A stretch of 63,784 bases of DNA, filler included, from Folioceros fuciformis (Eukaryota): the NCBI GenBank assembly GCA_049999805.1. It is 10 parts of 10 records of this genome, joined end to end, with 100 filler letters (N's around TTAATTAATTAA, not from the genome) between each part and the next. Parts side by side here need not be neighbours in the genome. Positions count along the whole stretch, not along the records: positions 35,134 to 46,369 come from JBNGIO010001076.1; positions 46,470 to 51,864 come from JBNGIO010001077.1; 8 more parts are not named here. One strand, given 5' to 3'. The position numbers and the translations under genes were made by a program. Below, piece after piece: positions 35,902 through 47,499 of this stretch (within the stretch, counting starts at the first letter, position 1; every line of letters begins with the position of its first letter). A model generated the notes under the pieces. That model was not told the DNA's origin. It searched no databases and saw nothing but the letters and a program-made list of their open reading frames with translations.

Positions 35902-37890
35902 ATGGCGATCATAGGCATTCATTTCGGTGATGAACGATGCTCCGTTTCTTGCTGCTTGTACGGGAGCGAGATGATAAGGGAAGTGCCTATAAGTCTGTAC
36001 TACGAGAAGGAAGCGGAATCGCAAAATGGCTCCTGCTCCGACAAGTATAAGGTTTCAGCATGGGGCCAGGAAGCAAACTTGCGTCATGGACGAGACTTGG
36101 CAGCAGAGGCGACGTCGTCGGAAGTAAGGCGCGGCGTGTATGTGGAGAATTTTTGGGGGCATCTTAGCTCGGGCCAGGCGACGTCCCAGATGTGGTGGTG
36201 GCAGGGGGACCAAAGACGTGCAAATGCAGGCGTAGGGGACATTCCCCAAGGTCTTTCACTGGTTACCGTTCTCACGGACTACTTCACTAAGCTCTCTGAG
36301 TCTGCCATTCGTTACGTGAACTGTAATGGTCGCGACAGCATTACGAAAGAGTCCACCCAGTGGAGCCTCACTGTGCCATGCATTTGGGACGAGTCTGTGC
36401 TGGAGACAGTGAGCGAGTGTGTGGAGAGAGCGGGCATGACGGCAGGCCCCCTCTGCCCGCCAGAAGTGGCAGCACTGGCAAGCCCTCATCCTGTGTGCTT
36501 TGTTCCGGAGTGGGAAGCCGCAGCCCTGCATTGTTTTAATGGATTCAGATTGGAGCTAGGATCTGAGGTGTTGGTGGTAGATGTCCGGAACCACGTCACG
36601 AACCTTGTCACTTTGAGGGAGTGTGAAGGAGCCTTTAGCTTTGTGGAAGGCCGCACCATCGCCAGTGGTTGTTGTCTCAATGATATGGACGAGAAGTTCT
36701 ACGACAAGGTGCGGGCAAGCATTGACTGCTTCCACGAGCTGGAGAGACACAACCCTGCCATCAGAACGAGCTTGCGGAAGGGCTGGCACAACTTTTGCTT
36801 TTACTTGGACTTGGTTCACAACATACGCTGGTTCAAGTTGCCTGAAAAGCTGCGAAAAGCTTGGAAGGAACACAACCGGTCCCGTCGTGATGACAAACAT
36901 CGCGTGAGGGGACTTTATGTGGATTGGGAGCAGATATGCGGTCCACTGGCAGACAGAATCGTCAATCTGATAAAAGAGTGCCTGAGGCCAGACGTGAAGG
37001 GGTTATGCATAATCGGGGAGTACTCGTTTCCCAGCTACTTGGGGAAGAGAATAGGCTCAGTTTTCGGAAGCAAGTTTGGTGACGGCATGAAGCTCCCGAG
37101 CTATCCCTCCGGTACTATGTGCCGAGGAGCTGTAAATTTCGGCTTAACCCTTGCCTTGCGATCGCCCCGTAGTATGCGCTACGAGTTGGAGCTCCAGAGA
37201 TCGCGTTCGAAGGAGCTGCTCGATCGGGCTGCCTTGGGACGGGTTGTTCAGAAGCAGTTATCCGAGGTCAATGAAAATGTGATGAATTGTGTTGAAATCA
37301 TAAACAAAGTTTGTCTCGAAGCTCTAAGGAGTGTCGATGCGTCACAAGGTCTTGCAGATTTCATCAGGAAAGTGCACACCCGGAGCATTCGACAATCGGA
37401 ACTTTTCATGGAGGCAGTGGCGGCGTTTCAGTCTAGGAAATCGTGGCACAGGCATTCGGCGACGGAAACAGCGCGTAGTGTCACGGAATCCGGGACAGGT
37501 AATTTCCTCCAGGAATGGCAACCGGAGATGTCAGTTCAAAGAACTTCTTACGAGGCAGAGGTGCAAAGAGTGCTGGGGGAGATGATTGAGGCTATGGGTT
37601 CCGCACGCACCTTGAAGGAGAACAATGCAAAGCTAGAGGCTGAGAACTTGGCTTTCCGGGCTCAAGTGCAATCGCTACAAGTGGGGATGGACAGAATCGA
37701 ATCGGAAAAGCAGAGGATTGAGACACAGATAGTATGTTCCATCTGTCAGGACAGACGTCGGAATGTGGTGATTCTTCCATGCCTTCATGCTCAGTATTGT
37801 GAGGTTTGTCTGGCTCAGCATCGTGCTACGAGAGGAACATGCCCTACTTGCAGAGGAGCGATCAGAGGAACTTTGCAACTGTTTTCCTGA
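35902..37890 (+). CDS. Intronless Hsp70/actin-like ATPase-fold (HSPA12-like, degenerate) + coiled coil + C-terminal RING finger protein, 662 aa
   Basis: IIGIHFGD, WSLTVPCIWDE, PEWEAAA, VLVVD, CRGAVNFG; heptad-rich LKENNAKLEAENLAFRAQVQSL; CSICQDRRRNVVILPCLHAQYCEVC...TCPTCR. Confidence 0.8.
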   Translation: MAIIGIHFGDERCSVSCCLYGSEMIREVPISLYYEKEAESQNGSCSDKYKVSAWGQEANLRHGRDLAAEATSSEVRRGVYVENFWGHLSSGQATSQMWWWQGDQRRANAGVGDIPQGLSLVTVLTDYFTKLSESAIRYVNCNGRDSITKESTQWSLTVPCIWDESVLETVSECVERAGMTAGPLCPPEVAALASPHPVCFVPEWEAAALHCFNGFRLELGSEVLVVDVRNHVTNLVTLRECEGAFSFVEGRTIASGCCLNDMDEKFYDKVRASIDCFHELERHNPAIRTSLRKGWHNFCFYLDLVHNIRWFKLPEKLRKAWKEHNRSRRDDKHRVRGLYVDWEQICGPLADRIVNLIKECLRPDVKGLCIIGEYSFPSYLGKRIGSVFGSKFGDGMKLPSYPSGTMCRGAVNFGLTLALRSPRSMRYELELQRSRSKELLDRAALGRVVQKQLSEVNENVMNCVEIINKVCLEALRSVDASQGLADFIRKVHTRSIRQSELFMEAVAAFQSRKSWHRHSATETARSVTESGTGNFLQEWQPEMSVQRTSYEAEVQRVLGEMIEAMGSARTLKENNAKLEAENLAFRAQVQSLQVGMDRIESEKQRIETQIVCSICQDRRRNVVILPCLHAQYCEVCLAQHRATRGTCPTCRGAIRGTLQLFS

Positions 37891-38629
37891 CAGCTCCTCG
37901 AAAGTAGAAGCTAGACACCTTGGGCCTCCTTCAGTCGATACCGATCATCTCGAGCCGTTATACTTCGTAGCCAACGTCATCCCGTGGTTTTGCTGACGGG
38001 AGTGTATGAATCTGGGTACTGGTTCAGCAGTAGTGCATAGCTCTCGCTCTCAGGGTTAGGCCAGCCTACCCCTTACAACAATTTCTCCTTTGGAATGATC
38101 TCGGTGCAACTGTGGCAGTCATTGCTCATGCGCCGATTCAATTGGCGCTTGGGAGAAAACCCATTCTCCTCAGAGCCCTCCTCGCTAAGCAGTACGTCGG
38201 CCTCATTCTCCTCCGAGCCCTCCGACCACAACCTTGCTTGAGGCAGCCCGGAATACCCAAAAGTCTGGAATTCGGGGGAGGCATCCACCACAAGTTGAAC
38301 GTTCTCGATGGCGATAAGACGAATTATGACCCCCAACCCTCGGGGTGTTTGGGGTAGCTACTACACTATCAACAGAACATCCGCGGAGGGACTGCGCGTG
38401 TCGAAAGGGCAAAGGACTAAAGCTTTTCAGGACTTTGGGATTCCTCTCAGACATTTCAGGGCATAGGTATTCCATAAAACTCGCCTCCATCAGGGACCTG
38501 CCTGAAGTATTACAGACGCACACACAGGAACACACGACTGATCGTCGAGGAAAAACACTTAGCTCAGGTATGTAAACACGCTGAAACTATTGTAGAGTCA
38601 GTCCCCCTGGAACCGCCGCGACAGAAATC

Positions 38630-41600
38630 CTAGACGTGGAACTCCGGGCGGGTGGAAGGGAAGCACCGTGCCACAGCTTTTGCCACAGGACCTTCGGCAA
38701 CCAGCTGCAACGAACGTGGGCCATTTCATACATCAGTGCGCAATAAGCATCGCAGCAAGATGGTCTAGGAGAACAAGTTCAGAGCACTGTTACCTTTTGC
38801 CACAGAATGAGAGCGAAGAGATTTGACAAAATTAACCGCCACAGATGGAACCTCAGCGTAAACGACTTGGAAGGAGATGGTAAGCCACGCTCCTAATGTT
38901 CATTCGGACCACGAACGTGAACGGGTTGGTTATCGCAGGGTGCATCAGAGTTATAAGCAGAATGGTCTAAAGGACAAACCTGATACGCTATCCACAATGG
39001 GGATGTGGAATTTGACATGTTAAAATCTTCGCTGGCGACATGCCACAAGCTGGTGAAGCATTTGTGAGGAAGAAGGACAGTGGACATGAACGCAAGAAGG
39101 CTCCCGTACGTAACCTACACATCAACAACTGAGTAAGCGAGTGTCTTCCCCCGAGAGACAAATTTGCCTCACACACCCAACAAAGTGAGAACTTACCATG
39201 AGGAGCCAATTTGTGAATACGTTTTTCCGAAATCTCGCCGAATGTGAACACGCATGCTGCTGTAATAAATTGGAAGTACACGGTAAAAAATAGGACTGTG
39301 GACTCCCGGTTGTCACCCAGAGTCCACCAACTCACAGAATGGGATTCTCTGCAGTGTACGCGAAGAAATTGTTAGGAAAGTTCCAAGCTTATCACATGCT
39401 TTTCGCAGGAGCGAAGCATTCCATCTTACTCTGCTGGCCACTTCACATAATCAGTTTGGCTACTCATGAGGGAGACGGCTCCAACGAGGAAGACGAGATT
39501 GATAACCCACACACCCAGAACAGATGTAACATTTATCGGTCCCAGAAGACTTGATGTCGGTCGCACCTAAACGCAGACCGAGGTAAGGTTGCAAGCACTC
39601 GACATGTTTTATCCCACCAGATTCATGAAAAAGCAGCAAGAGGGGATACCTTCGCTAGTTTGTCCTCTGGATAGCTCAGAGTCATGCAGTAACAAAGGCT
39701 CTAAACGGCCACTCCATCAATATACGCATAATCCATCTGGCAAGGGACGATTCCATAGCTACCAAATAAACAATTATCAACCATGTCAACGGACTTTATC
39801 ACCACTTGCTTCTAGGCACACTAAGACGAGTTAGACCTATTGCCAGAAGGCACACAGCTTGAGGACAGAGAACATCAATCCGTAAGTGATCAGAAGCTTG
39901 TAGCAAGCGAAAGAGGTATGCAATGCACCTCGACCCTCACGAAGTAAAGCTACAACTGCAGAAACTTGCAGAGCGAAAGAAGTTTTAGCCTTACTGTGCC
40001 TTCGAACTGCCCAAAGATGAACTTTAGCAACGTATGCATACTGATTTGTCCCGAGAGGTGAACCGAGAGACAACAGAAGCCTCTGGTTCACTAAGAGCTA
40101 CGCCTGCACGGGCTGCCTTCAATACGCCACAATCATTCCCGCCATCTCCACACATTCCAACTATCAAGCCCCGATCCCTATGCATGTTTGCCGCATTCAC
40201 CTGAAAAGAGACGGCAAAGCACATGAATTCTTGAAAACACTCACACTTGCCACATTGAAGTGAAATGCCATGGAACGTACTTTATTTGAAGGGGTGAATC
40301 TTGCAAATATACGAGTGTAGAAGAGAAGCGTATCCATCACTTCCGACCTTGTTATGACTTCAAATGCTTTTCCCGTAATAGCTAGCTCCACAACTCCTTC
40401 ACGCATTCCTTTCAAGTTGTAGTTCAAGAGCTCCTCAGTACTTAGTCATCTTTCACCTTCATCACTCGTGCAAGACCACCTGATACTGCAAATCGCCTCA
40501 CAACTCACGGTTGTGTGCAATACGCGAAGACACAGTCGTGAAATGTCAAAACCGGAGAGCCAATTAACTTGATGGACGTGCATTAACCTGTCAGACTCCG
40601 TGATATTGCCCAGTAGAACTTTGACCTCAGGAGAAATCATGCCACATTCTCCAGCAATATACCTTCCGAATGGAGCATTGCGACCAGTGACCATAACAGA
40701 ACGAACCTACGTCAATACAACAGATAAACAAGGATTAAATTGGGAAAACTTTCCTCACTGAGAAAATCTGTAATGCTGTAATCTAACCATAGCGCCAACT
40801 GCACCTACCTCACCCTCCTTCAATGCAGATATAGTAGCACGGCTGGTTGGCTTCAGCTCGTTCCGGAAGAGTATGATAGCCAAAAACTGTAAATCCGTTT
40901 CTAGTTCATCTCTTGATAGAGCTGCAACTTCAGCCAAAGATAGATTTGAAGGAAGTTTTCTGTAGATGGTTCTGTAAAGTATCAGAGAGGACGTTCAAAG
41001 CCCCTCAGAAACTTCAGATAATACTATGCAATGTAACCTGCCTGCAAGCAAGACCAAGCACATAGCAGCCATCAAGAGCATGAGCGCGAGCTCGTTTTAC
41101 CTAGTCATGAGGAATGCTGTTGTCATCGTTCAAGTCCTTCATCTTTCCTAACGCACCCTGTTGTGGCCTGAGCTTGTAAGGATACACCCAACAACTTTGA
41201 AAGAGTCCAAACAAATGGCAAAGCAAACTCTCACCTTACAGTATATATGGAAGATGCCATCCTTCTCCCGAACAATGACACTCATCGTTGTTCTAGAGTG
41301 TTCAAATTCGTTGCGCTTGACCATGTGCAGCTCCTCACCTCTCTTGCTCCGTACAATTGGTGGATGGGCACCTTCCACTAGTTCTCAGCCAATTGCAGAG
41401 AACATTTTAACCTGTGACACAAGTTGATAAGTGAGCTTACCACTGAAAAAATCCAACGACCGGCCTTATTGCGCTTGAGAACACTAACCTCAACTTGATT
41501 CCCAACGAACTCCTCGCCAAATTTGGAAACAGTATGGCACGTTGCCAAACCATACAAAGTCAAGTCATCGACACTATCGCCGTTATGGGGTGCCACGATG

Positions 41601-44600
41601 AGACCAAATAGAGGCCCATTTTGTCCAGTGCTGAGAACGCTCTGGACACCTAGAAAGTGAAGTCCTTCTCCAGTTAAAGTGCCCGTCTTTTCGAAACAGA
41701 ACAGGCGAATCTTGCCAGCAATGGCTATGCGCTTTGGGTTTAGACTAAATATGCCCCTGGCCTGCAGAAAACATTTCCGAGCTGGGAGATCATGTTTAAC
41801 ATTGTTGCTGATGCAGTAAGCAATTGTGTGTGGCAATAACGTCTGAGTAGTAGCATCATGCCTTCAAGCGTTCAACCGCATGGAGTTGACCAACTTCAAG
41901 AGCAACAGGTAGCAATGGCGACATTATCTGATTTATAATTGCCATGCAGAGTATCCATTTTGTCACCCAGATGTTCTGAGCCCCAGTATTATTCTGCGGC
42001 AGTCCGAATTGGAATCTTATTTCAGACTCTGCAGAAAATACAAACAGTAGGATATTGCGCTTCTGGTGACAGCAATCTTGTTAGAAAAAGGATCAGTTGT
42101 AGATAGAATACCAGTTGGCATACCTGAAACATCAGAGCAATGATGAAGCAGACTATTGCATACGATAGCAAAAGTAGCACCACAATCGGAAGTTCCTCGT
42201 CGTACCTGATAACCATCTCCTCTGGATACAATATGCTGGATAGTAGCTTGCCTTTCGAGGTTGACATCCCTGGTCCATGCAATCCATGTCAAGTGAAACC
42301 AATCAGGTGGACCAAACACATACACTCCCCAACATCTTCCATAAGGACAACAAACCTGTGGCTGTGACTATTGCTGTTACTTCCTCATGGCCCTTGCCAG
42401 CCTGAAGCACAATGGTACCAGAGAAAAGTGTAAATCGAGCGTGATAGATATCAGGTTGGTATCCATCTGGTGTGTTGGAGGAAAAGTACTTTTGTACGGG
42501 CATAGCCTCACCAGTGAGCATGCTCTCATTGCAGACACAAGATCCTTGAGAACAGATAAGCAACACACTTAGTGGACAAGCAGAATGTTTCTCCTTTCTC
42601 AGGGTGCGTCTTTAGGATGTGAGTGCCTGTTGAGAAGTACTCACCGTTTAGGATGAGCATGTCACATGGTAAGATCCAATCACTCTTCACTCTCAAAACA
42701 TCTCCTGGGACTAGATGAGCTGCACTGATTTTCTTCCACGTGCTGTCACGGAGAACATCGGCATCTGTGACATGTTTGGTGATCTGTAACCATTGTGAAG
42801 CGTCAGCTCAAAATTCTGCGGGTTATTTAAGCTTCTTTTGAGGCTGGCTCATAGCACGAAAGTCTTGACCTTGGCAATGGCTAACTGACTTTGCCGGCGA
42901 CTGTAGATAGTAACAGCAGCACTAAGTAGCACAATGGACGTCATGAGTGAGGCAACGAATAGGTAGCTGTTCCAGAACTGCAATATATACATGACTAGCT
43001 GATATACATGGAACAGGGTGAACAATTCGTCAAATGTAGTGAAGATCAGAGATTCAGGCTTAAACGGAATCTCGTTGAATCCAAAAAGCTCCAACCGACG
43101 TTTGGCTTCTTCTGTTGTAAGCCCGGAATACCCCTGCAAAAGCATGTCAATGTTGCAAGTGCTTACAATCTGAAATGTCTTTCCCAGCTTTTTCATGATA
43201 CTTGGTGATACCTGCAGATAATCACTTAAAGTTTGCCCCAGAGACAGGTGTGCTCGCTGAAGACTATCACCATCGATCAGATATCGCTGTCCTTGAAACA
43301 GGAAGAACCTCTGGCCCCCTTCAGTTTGCTCGATGGAAATCGTCTCAAAATGGCCTTTACTGCCAGGTGGTACAATGAAGTTCTGAAAAGCCAATTATTG
43401 GTCACAAACAGGGAAGGAAATTAGAGGTTGCTATCCAGTTCAGAAGTTGTTCCATGTCTCTAATACTGACACAACCACAATGCAATCTGAGGGTTCTCAT
43501 TACCTTCACTCTCCTGACGACGAGCACAAGAAAGAAGACGTGAGCTGACAGAATTTCTCGGTGATCCAATGCCCAGACATGAACCACGGTTGCTTTAGAC
43601 AACGCACATGGCATTTGAAACCAGTTGTGCACTTTACCCTTGTTCACCACCCAAAGTGTGAACCATACTGATGACAGCCACCAGATCACAAAGAATACCA
43701 GAAAACCAAAATCAGCCCGTAGTGAACAGGACGTCAGAGATGGAGGGACCTCTCGACGCGGCCGTGAGCTGCATGACACAGCTGCGTTAAATAATATACC
43801 AGCTTTACCTTCCCATTCAATTGATAGGTACCAAATACCACATTGTTCCCAAAGAAGCATAAGTTGTCGATGCCGCCCACCTCACACCCATAATAAGTGT
43901 CGACAAGCACAAGCAAATAGAGGGCAAACCAGTGTAGAGAAGTAAGTATGCACAAAAAATAGCAAGCTTCTCCAATAGGTGTCCATGTATAACCAATGAA
44001 TTTCAGTAACCCCTTATCACGTTCAATATCCAGATGAACCTCGTCGCCCCCTACATCACTCGGTAAATTCGAGGCCCTTTTAAATCCTCTGTGTGCATTC
44101 GCAGTCTTATCGTCTGGTACCCCGGTGTCGGCATAGGAGCTGGACTCTTTTACCAGAACCGCCTTCGCAAGTCGTCTCCTGAGATATGCTCGCTTGTAAA
44201 GCTGGAACCCACTGCAGGCTGTGACTACAAGACCCCAGAAAGCGAATACGACCAAGGGACCCGGATCGGTCATACTGGTAATTAGTACATGGCATGACGG
44301 GTCGGCAGTGTAGACCTCTGGGCCTGTTGGATATTTGCCCATTTCCGTTTCACTTCAACTCACCCGCTCCACCCTGATGTAGAAACAGCCTCTGCGTTGG
44401 CGTCACATTTTCTCTCGGGAAAAGCAGTCACATCTGCCTGGCAAGCAGCATTTCAGTGCTGATTTGAGTAAACAGACATGCATCTCCTGGAAGTATAGGA
44501 GTCGTCCGTACTAATCATTCTCCGCTTGCAAAAAACGGTGATGCCATAGACTAGCACCATCAGCGCCATTGCTGGACCCGCTAACTACGATCGGAACAAC

Positions 44601-44945
44601 CAGTGTCATGCTGAACTCGAACAAAAGGGAACAAACGTCACAAGACACATGCAGATCCCCTCCCATTTTGTCCCCTTCCTGTCCAGGAGCTCCCATGACC
44701 AGGTAGTTGACATGTGACGCCCTGCAAACCGCAGCATTCCGCCCAAATATCGTCACAAACGTCCTCCAGGGCGCACGGTCTATGGAGTCATGGAGCCTGC
44801 GTAGGCCAGGACAGGAAGGATGCCCAGAATTTGTGAACAAGACAAATATGTCCGGTTCACCAGCCCGGAATCTACCACCATCTTGGAGTACAAAGGAAAG
44901 TAGATATCTCTCAACAAGTGGAAGCGAGTGCTGTACTGGCTGCAT
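38630..44945 (-). pseudogene. P5B-type (ATP13A-like) P-type ATPase pseudogene, about 20 exons; 5' end uncertain
   Basis: CNESMLTGEAMPVQK, SPLLPVAL (TM4), [34 protein letters not shown]; in-frame TAG at 41101-41103 and 39701-39703, frameshift near 39235; stop TAG 38630-38632. Confidence 0.8.
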
Positions 44946-45489
44946 TAGCGGAGCGACTTTGGCTGAACTTCAAGCAGCTTGAGGCTGCAGATGGCACTTG
45001 GTAAACGTGAGAGGTCATAGCAACGACTTTGGCCAAACGAGGAGGCTGGCTGTCAAGTATACGCAGTTCCTCGTGAAGGTTCTGCTCCTGGTTTCTTCCA
45101 AGAACGCAGCTGTCTGCAGAGTCTCCACAGACCCGGACCCGTGGGTGAACACAGGCAACGACTTGTGCCGATCCTCTTTGCCTTTGACGGGATTGAAAAC
45201 GACTTGTGCCGGAGACGCAATCACTTGGATTTCCGATGCAGAGCGACAACTTGCTCGGGCACCGGTATTTTTTTCTCTTCACCTTCTCCTCGGTTAACAA
45301 ACACGAATATTGCTTATTGACTAGAAAGCATCCCAGGAATTATAGGCCAGCTCGTGATAAAGTAGGTGAAACAACTATATCAAAACAGACCGCCTTGGAT
45401 CTTAAAGCTAGACGTCTTGTGCTGGTTTCTCCACACTTGATTCAAAAGTTTCTTATCATTTTTTATTTCCATCAATAATCTTCTTCCAA

Positions 45490-45912
45490 ATGGAATTTCT
45501 TCGCAAGTTCTTTGTAAGTACACAACTTCTCATAGTACTAGTCGTCACACTTGTCAACATTAATTTTCTGGCAGCAGAAACTTCAATCAGATCGCAATGT
45601 AACACAGAAACAAAACTTGATGAATATCCAAACATCAAGACTCATGTTAGTGATTATGTTAACACCAACATTGTTGATTACTACTTATTCGGATCAACGG
45701 CAAAAGTTTGGAGTTTACAATTTGCAACAGTAGACAAGACAGAAAACATATATGTTCAACTTTCTTGTGCTACAAACTTTGCTGTAGTTTGTAGGGGATG
45801 CATAAGAAATATCTTATATTACCATTTCTTTCAAGTTTGTGGTAATTCAAAAGGAGGTCTTATACAGTTAAACAGCTGCACTTTGCATTTGGAATATTAC
45901 AACTTTTTATAA
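45490..45912 (+). CDS. Secreted single Gnk2-homologous (DUF26) cysteine-rich protein
   Basis: Signal peptide, then C...C-X7-C-X2-C...CGNSKGGLIQLNSCTLHLEYYNF resembling the DUF26 C-terminal C....GG.I....C.LRYE.Y.F. Confidence 0.65.
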   Translation: MEFLRKFFVSTQLLIVLVVTLVNINFLAAETSIRSQCNTETKLDEYPNIKTHVSDYVNTNIVDYYLFGSTAKVWSLQFATVDKTENIYVQLSCATNFAVVCRGCIRNILYYHFFQVCGNSKGGLIQLNSCTLHLEYYNFL

Positions 45913-46369
45913 ATATCACTTAAATGTACCAAACTAAAAATATAAAATATTATTTCTTTTAATGTAAACACACACATTAGCTTCCATGTGTTGCGACACT
46001 AGTCTTAAATCTTGCGTTTAGTACTTGAGTAGTGTTAGTTAATTACATTAATAATTTTCAAGTCTACATTATTAATTAAGAACTAGGATGTACATTAATT
46101 AATTAGTATTGATTAGGGATAACCAAATAGATATACACCAGCAATATGTTTTGAAAAACTTTTTAAATTTTACTGCATTCTTAAAATTTTCTTATTGTAT
46201 TACCATCATCTTAACTGCTACAACTAGACAAATGGTCAGCTGTTAGAATTAGAGGTAAACCTAGTATAATAAGGATTAAATTAGTTATACTTTTAGACAC
46301 TAGCTTAAAGAGGTAGATTGATTGTGTTATCTTACTAAGGTATTGGCTGTGTACATGCATTGATTCTTC

Positions 46370-46469
46370 NNNNNNNNNNNNNNNNNNNNNNNNNNNNNNN
46401 NNNNNNNNNNNNNTTAATTAATTAANNNNNNNNNNNNNNNNNNNNNNNNNNNNNNNNNNNNNNNNNNNN
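46370..46469. other. Artificial contig-joining linker
   Basis: N44-TTAATTAATTAA-N44. Confidence 0.98.
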
Positions 46470-46530
46470 AGTGAACAGGTGGAATGCGAATGGGAGTGGT
46501 TCCTGCATGGCAGGCACCTCGAGGGAGAAG

Positions 46531-46756
46531 AGGAGGTCAAGTGACTCTCTACTGAGGAGAGTCGGCCGGAAATCGATGTATGGAGAGGAAATTACAAGCT
46601 GGAGTGGGAACGTGAGTAGCAGGAGCGGGAGGGCTGTTGCTAGGAGAGGAGGAGGAGGTCAAGTGACTCTCCATTGAGGAGAGTTGGCCGGAAATCAATG
46701 TACGGGGAGGAAATCACAAGCTGGAGTGGGAGCGTGACCAATAGGAGCAGGAGGGC
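46531..46756. repeat. Diverged direct duplication, ~122-bp period
   Basis: aggaggtcaagtgactct...ggccggaaatc...acaagctggagtggga...gggagggc at ~46531 and ~46653. Confidence 0.8.
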
Positions 46757-47499
46757 AGCAACTGATGCTAGTGCCGCAAATCAGCAGTGTGTGGGGAACT
46801 CGTCTTGGGTGTGAAGGTGGAAGTTGCGGAGCCCTGTGGAAGCCCAATGTGTTAGCAAAAAGTTGACAATGTCCATATTTGCTCTATTGCACCCGGATGA
46901 CATCACGCTGTAGCGGAGGAGGAGCATGAATGGTGTTTATAGGGTTCTTGGACATGCCTGAAGGGCTGCGGGGTTGCAGGGTTGTGTTGCTCCTACCGCA
47001 ACCTCACCTTCTACGCATGCTGTCAGGTCGTGGAAGCTAATGCAATCGGTTGGGTTGCAGCTTACCGTCAGTTTTAACCGTAATGGAGGAGGAGGGGGGT
47101 ATCGCAAATCTTTAGACGTGTTGGAGGTGAACCACAAAAGGCAAGGCAAGGCCAAGTACCAACTTGGTTGCGTGAGCATGCTTCCACCTGCAAGAGCCTA
47201 GAGTTTGATGGTGGGTGGTGTTGTTCACTCTTGCTGATTGCTCAGCTGGATTTGCCTTGTCCTTCATAGCCTTCACTGAATGGCTCGAGGTGTCATCATC
47301 TTGGACATATCTCCCTCCCAACAATATTTTATGCGACTTCTATATTACATGTGACCATAGCTTTGATGTAGGTAGGAGGGATTCGTTCTTGTGTTGCCAA
47401 CACGGTTGGTTCAATTGTTTATGCATGTGTGTGATTGTCTGCAAGATTTAGACGATCTAGATTATTCAAAATCTTTTATCAATAGTTTTGGGCTGTCCT

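Noticed and set aside
38073-38336. 87-aa ORF with duplicated GSEEN
   Set aside because: Non-ATG start, no homology recognised, lies between convergent gene ends.
38630-44945. Stop-codon readthrough or RNA editing rescuing the ATPase
   Set aside because: Nuclear gene; lesions include a frameshift and an Asp-to-Glu change, and other genes here use TAG as a stop.
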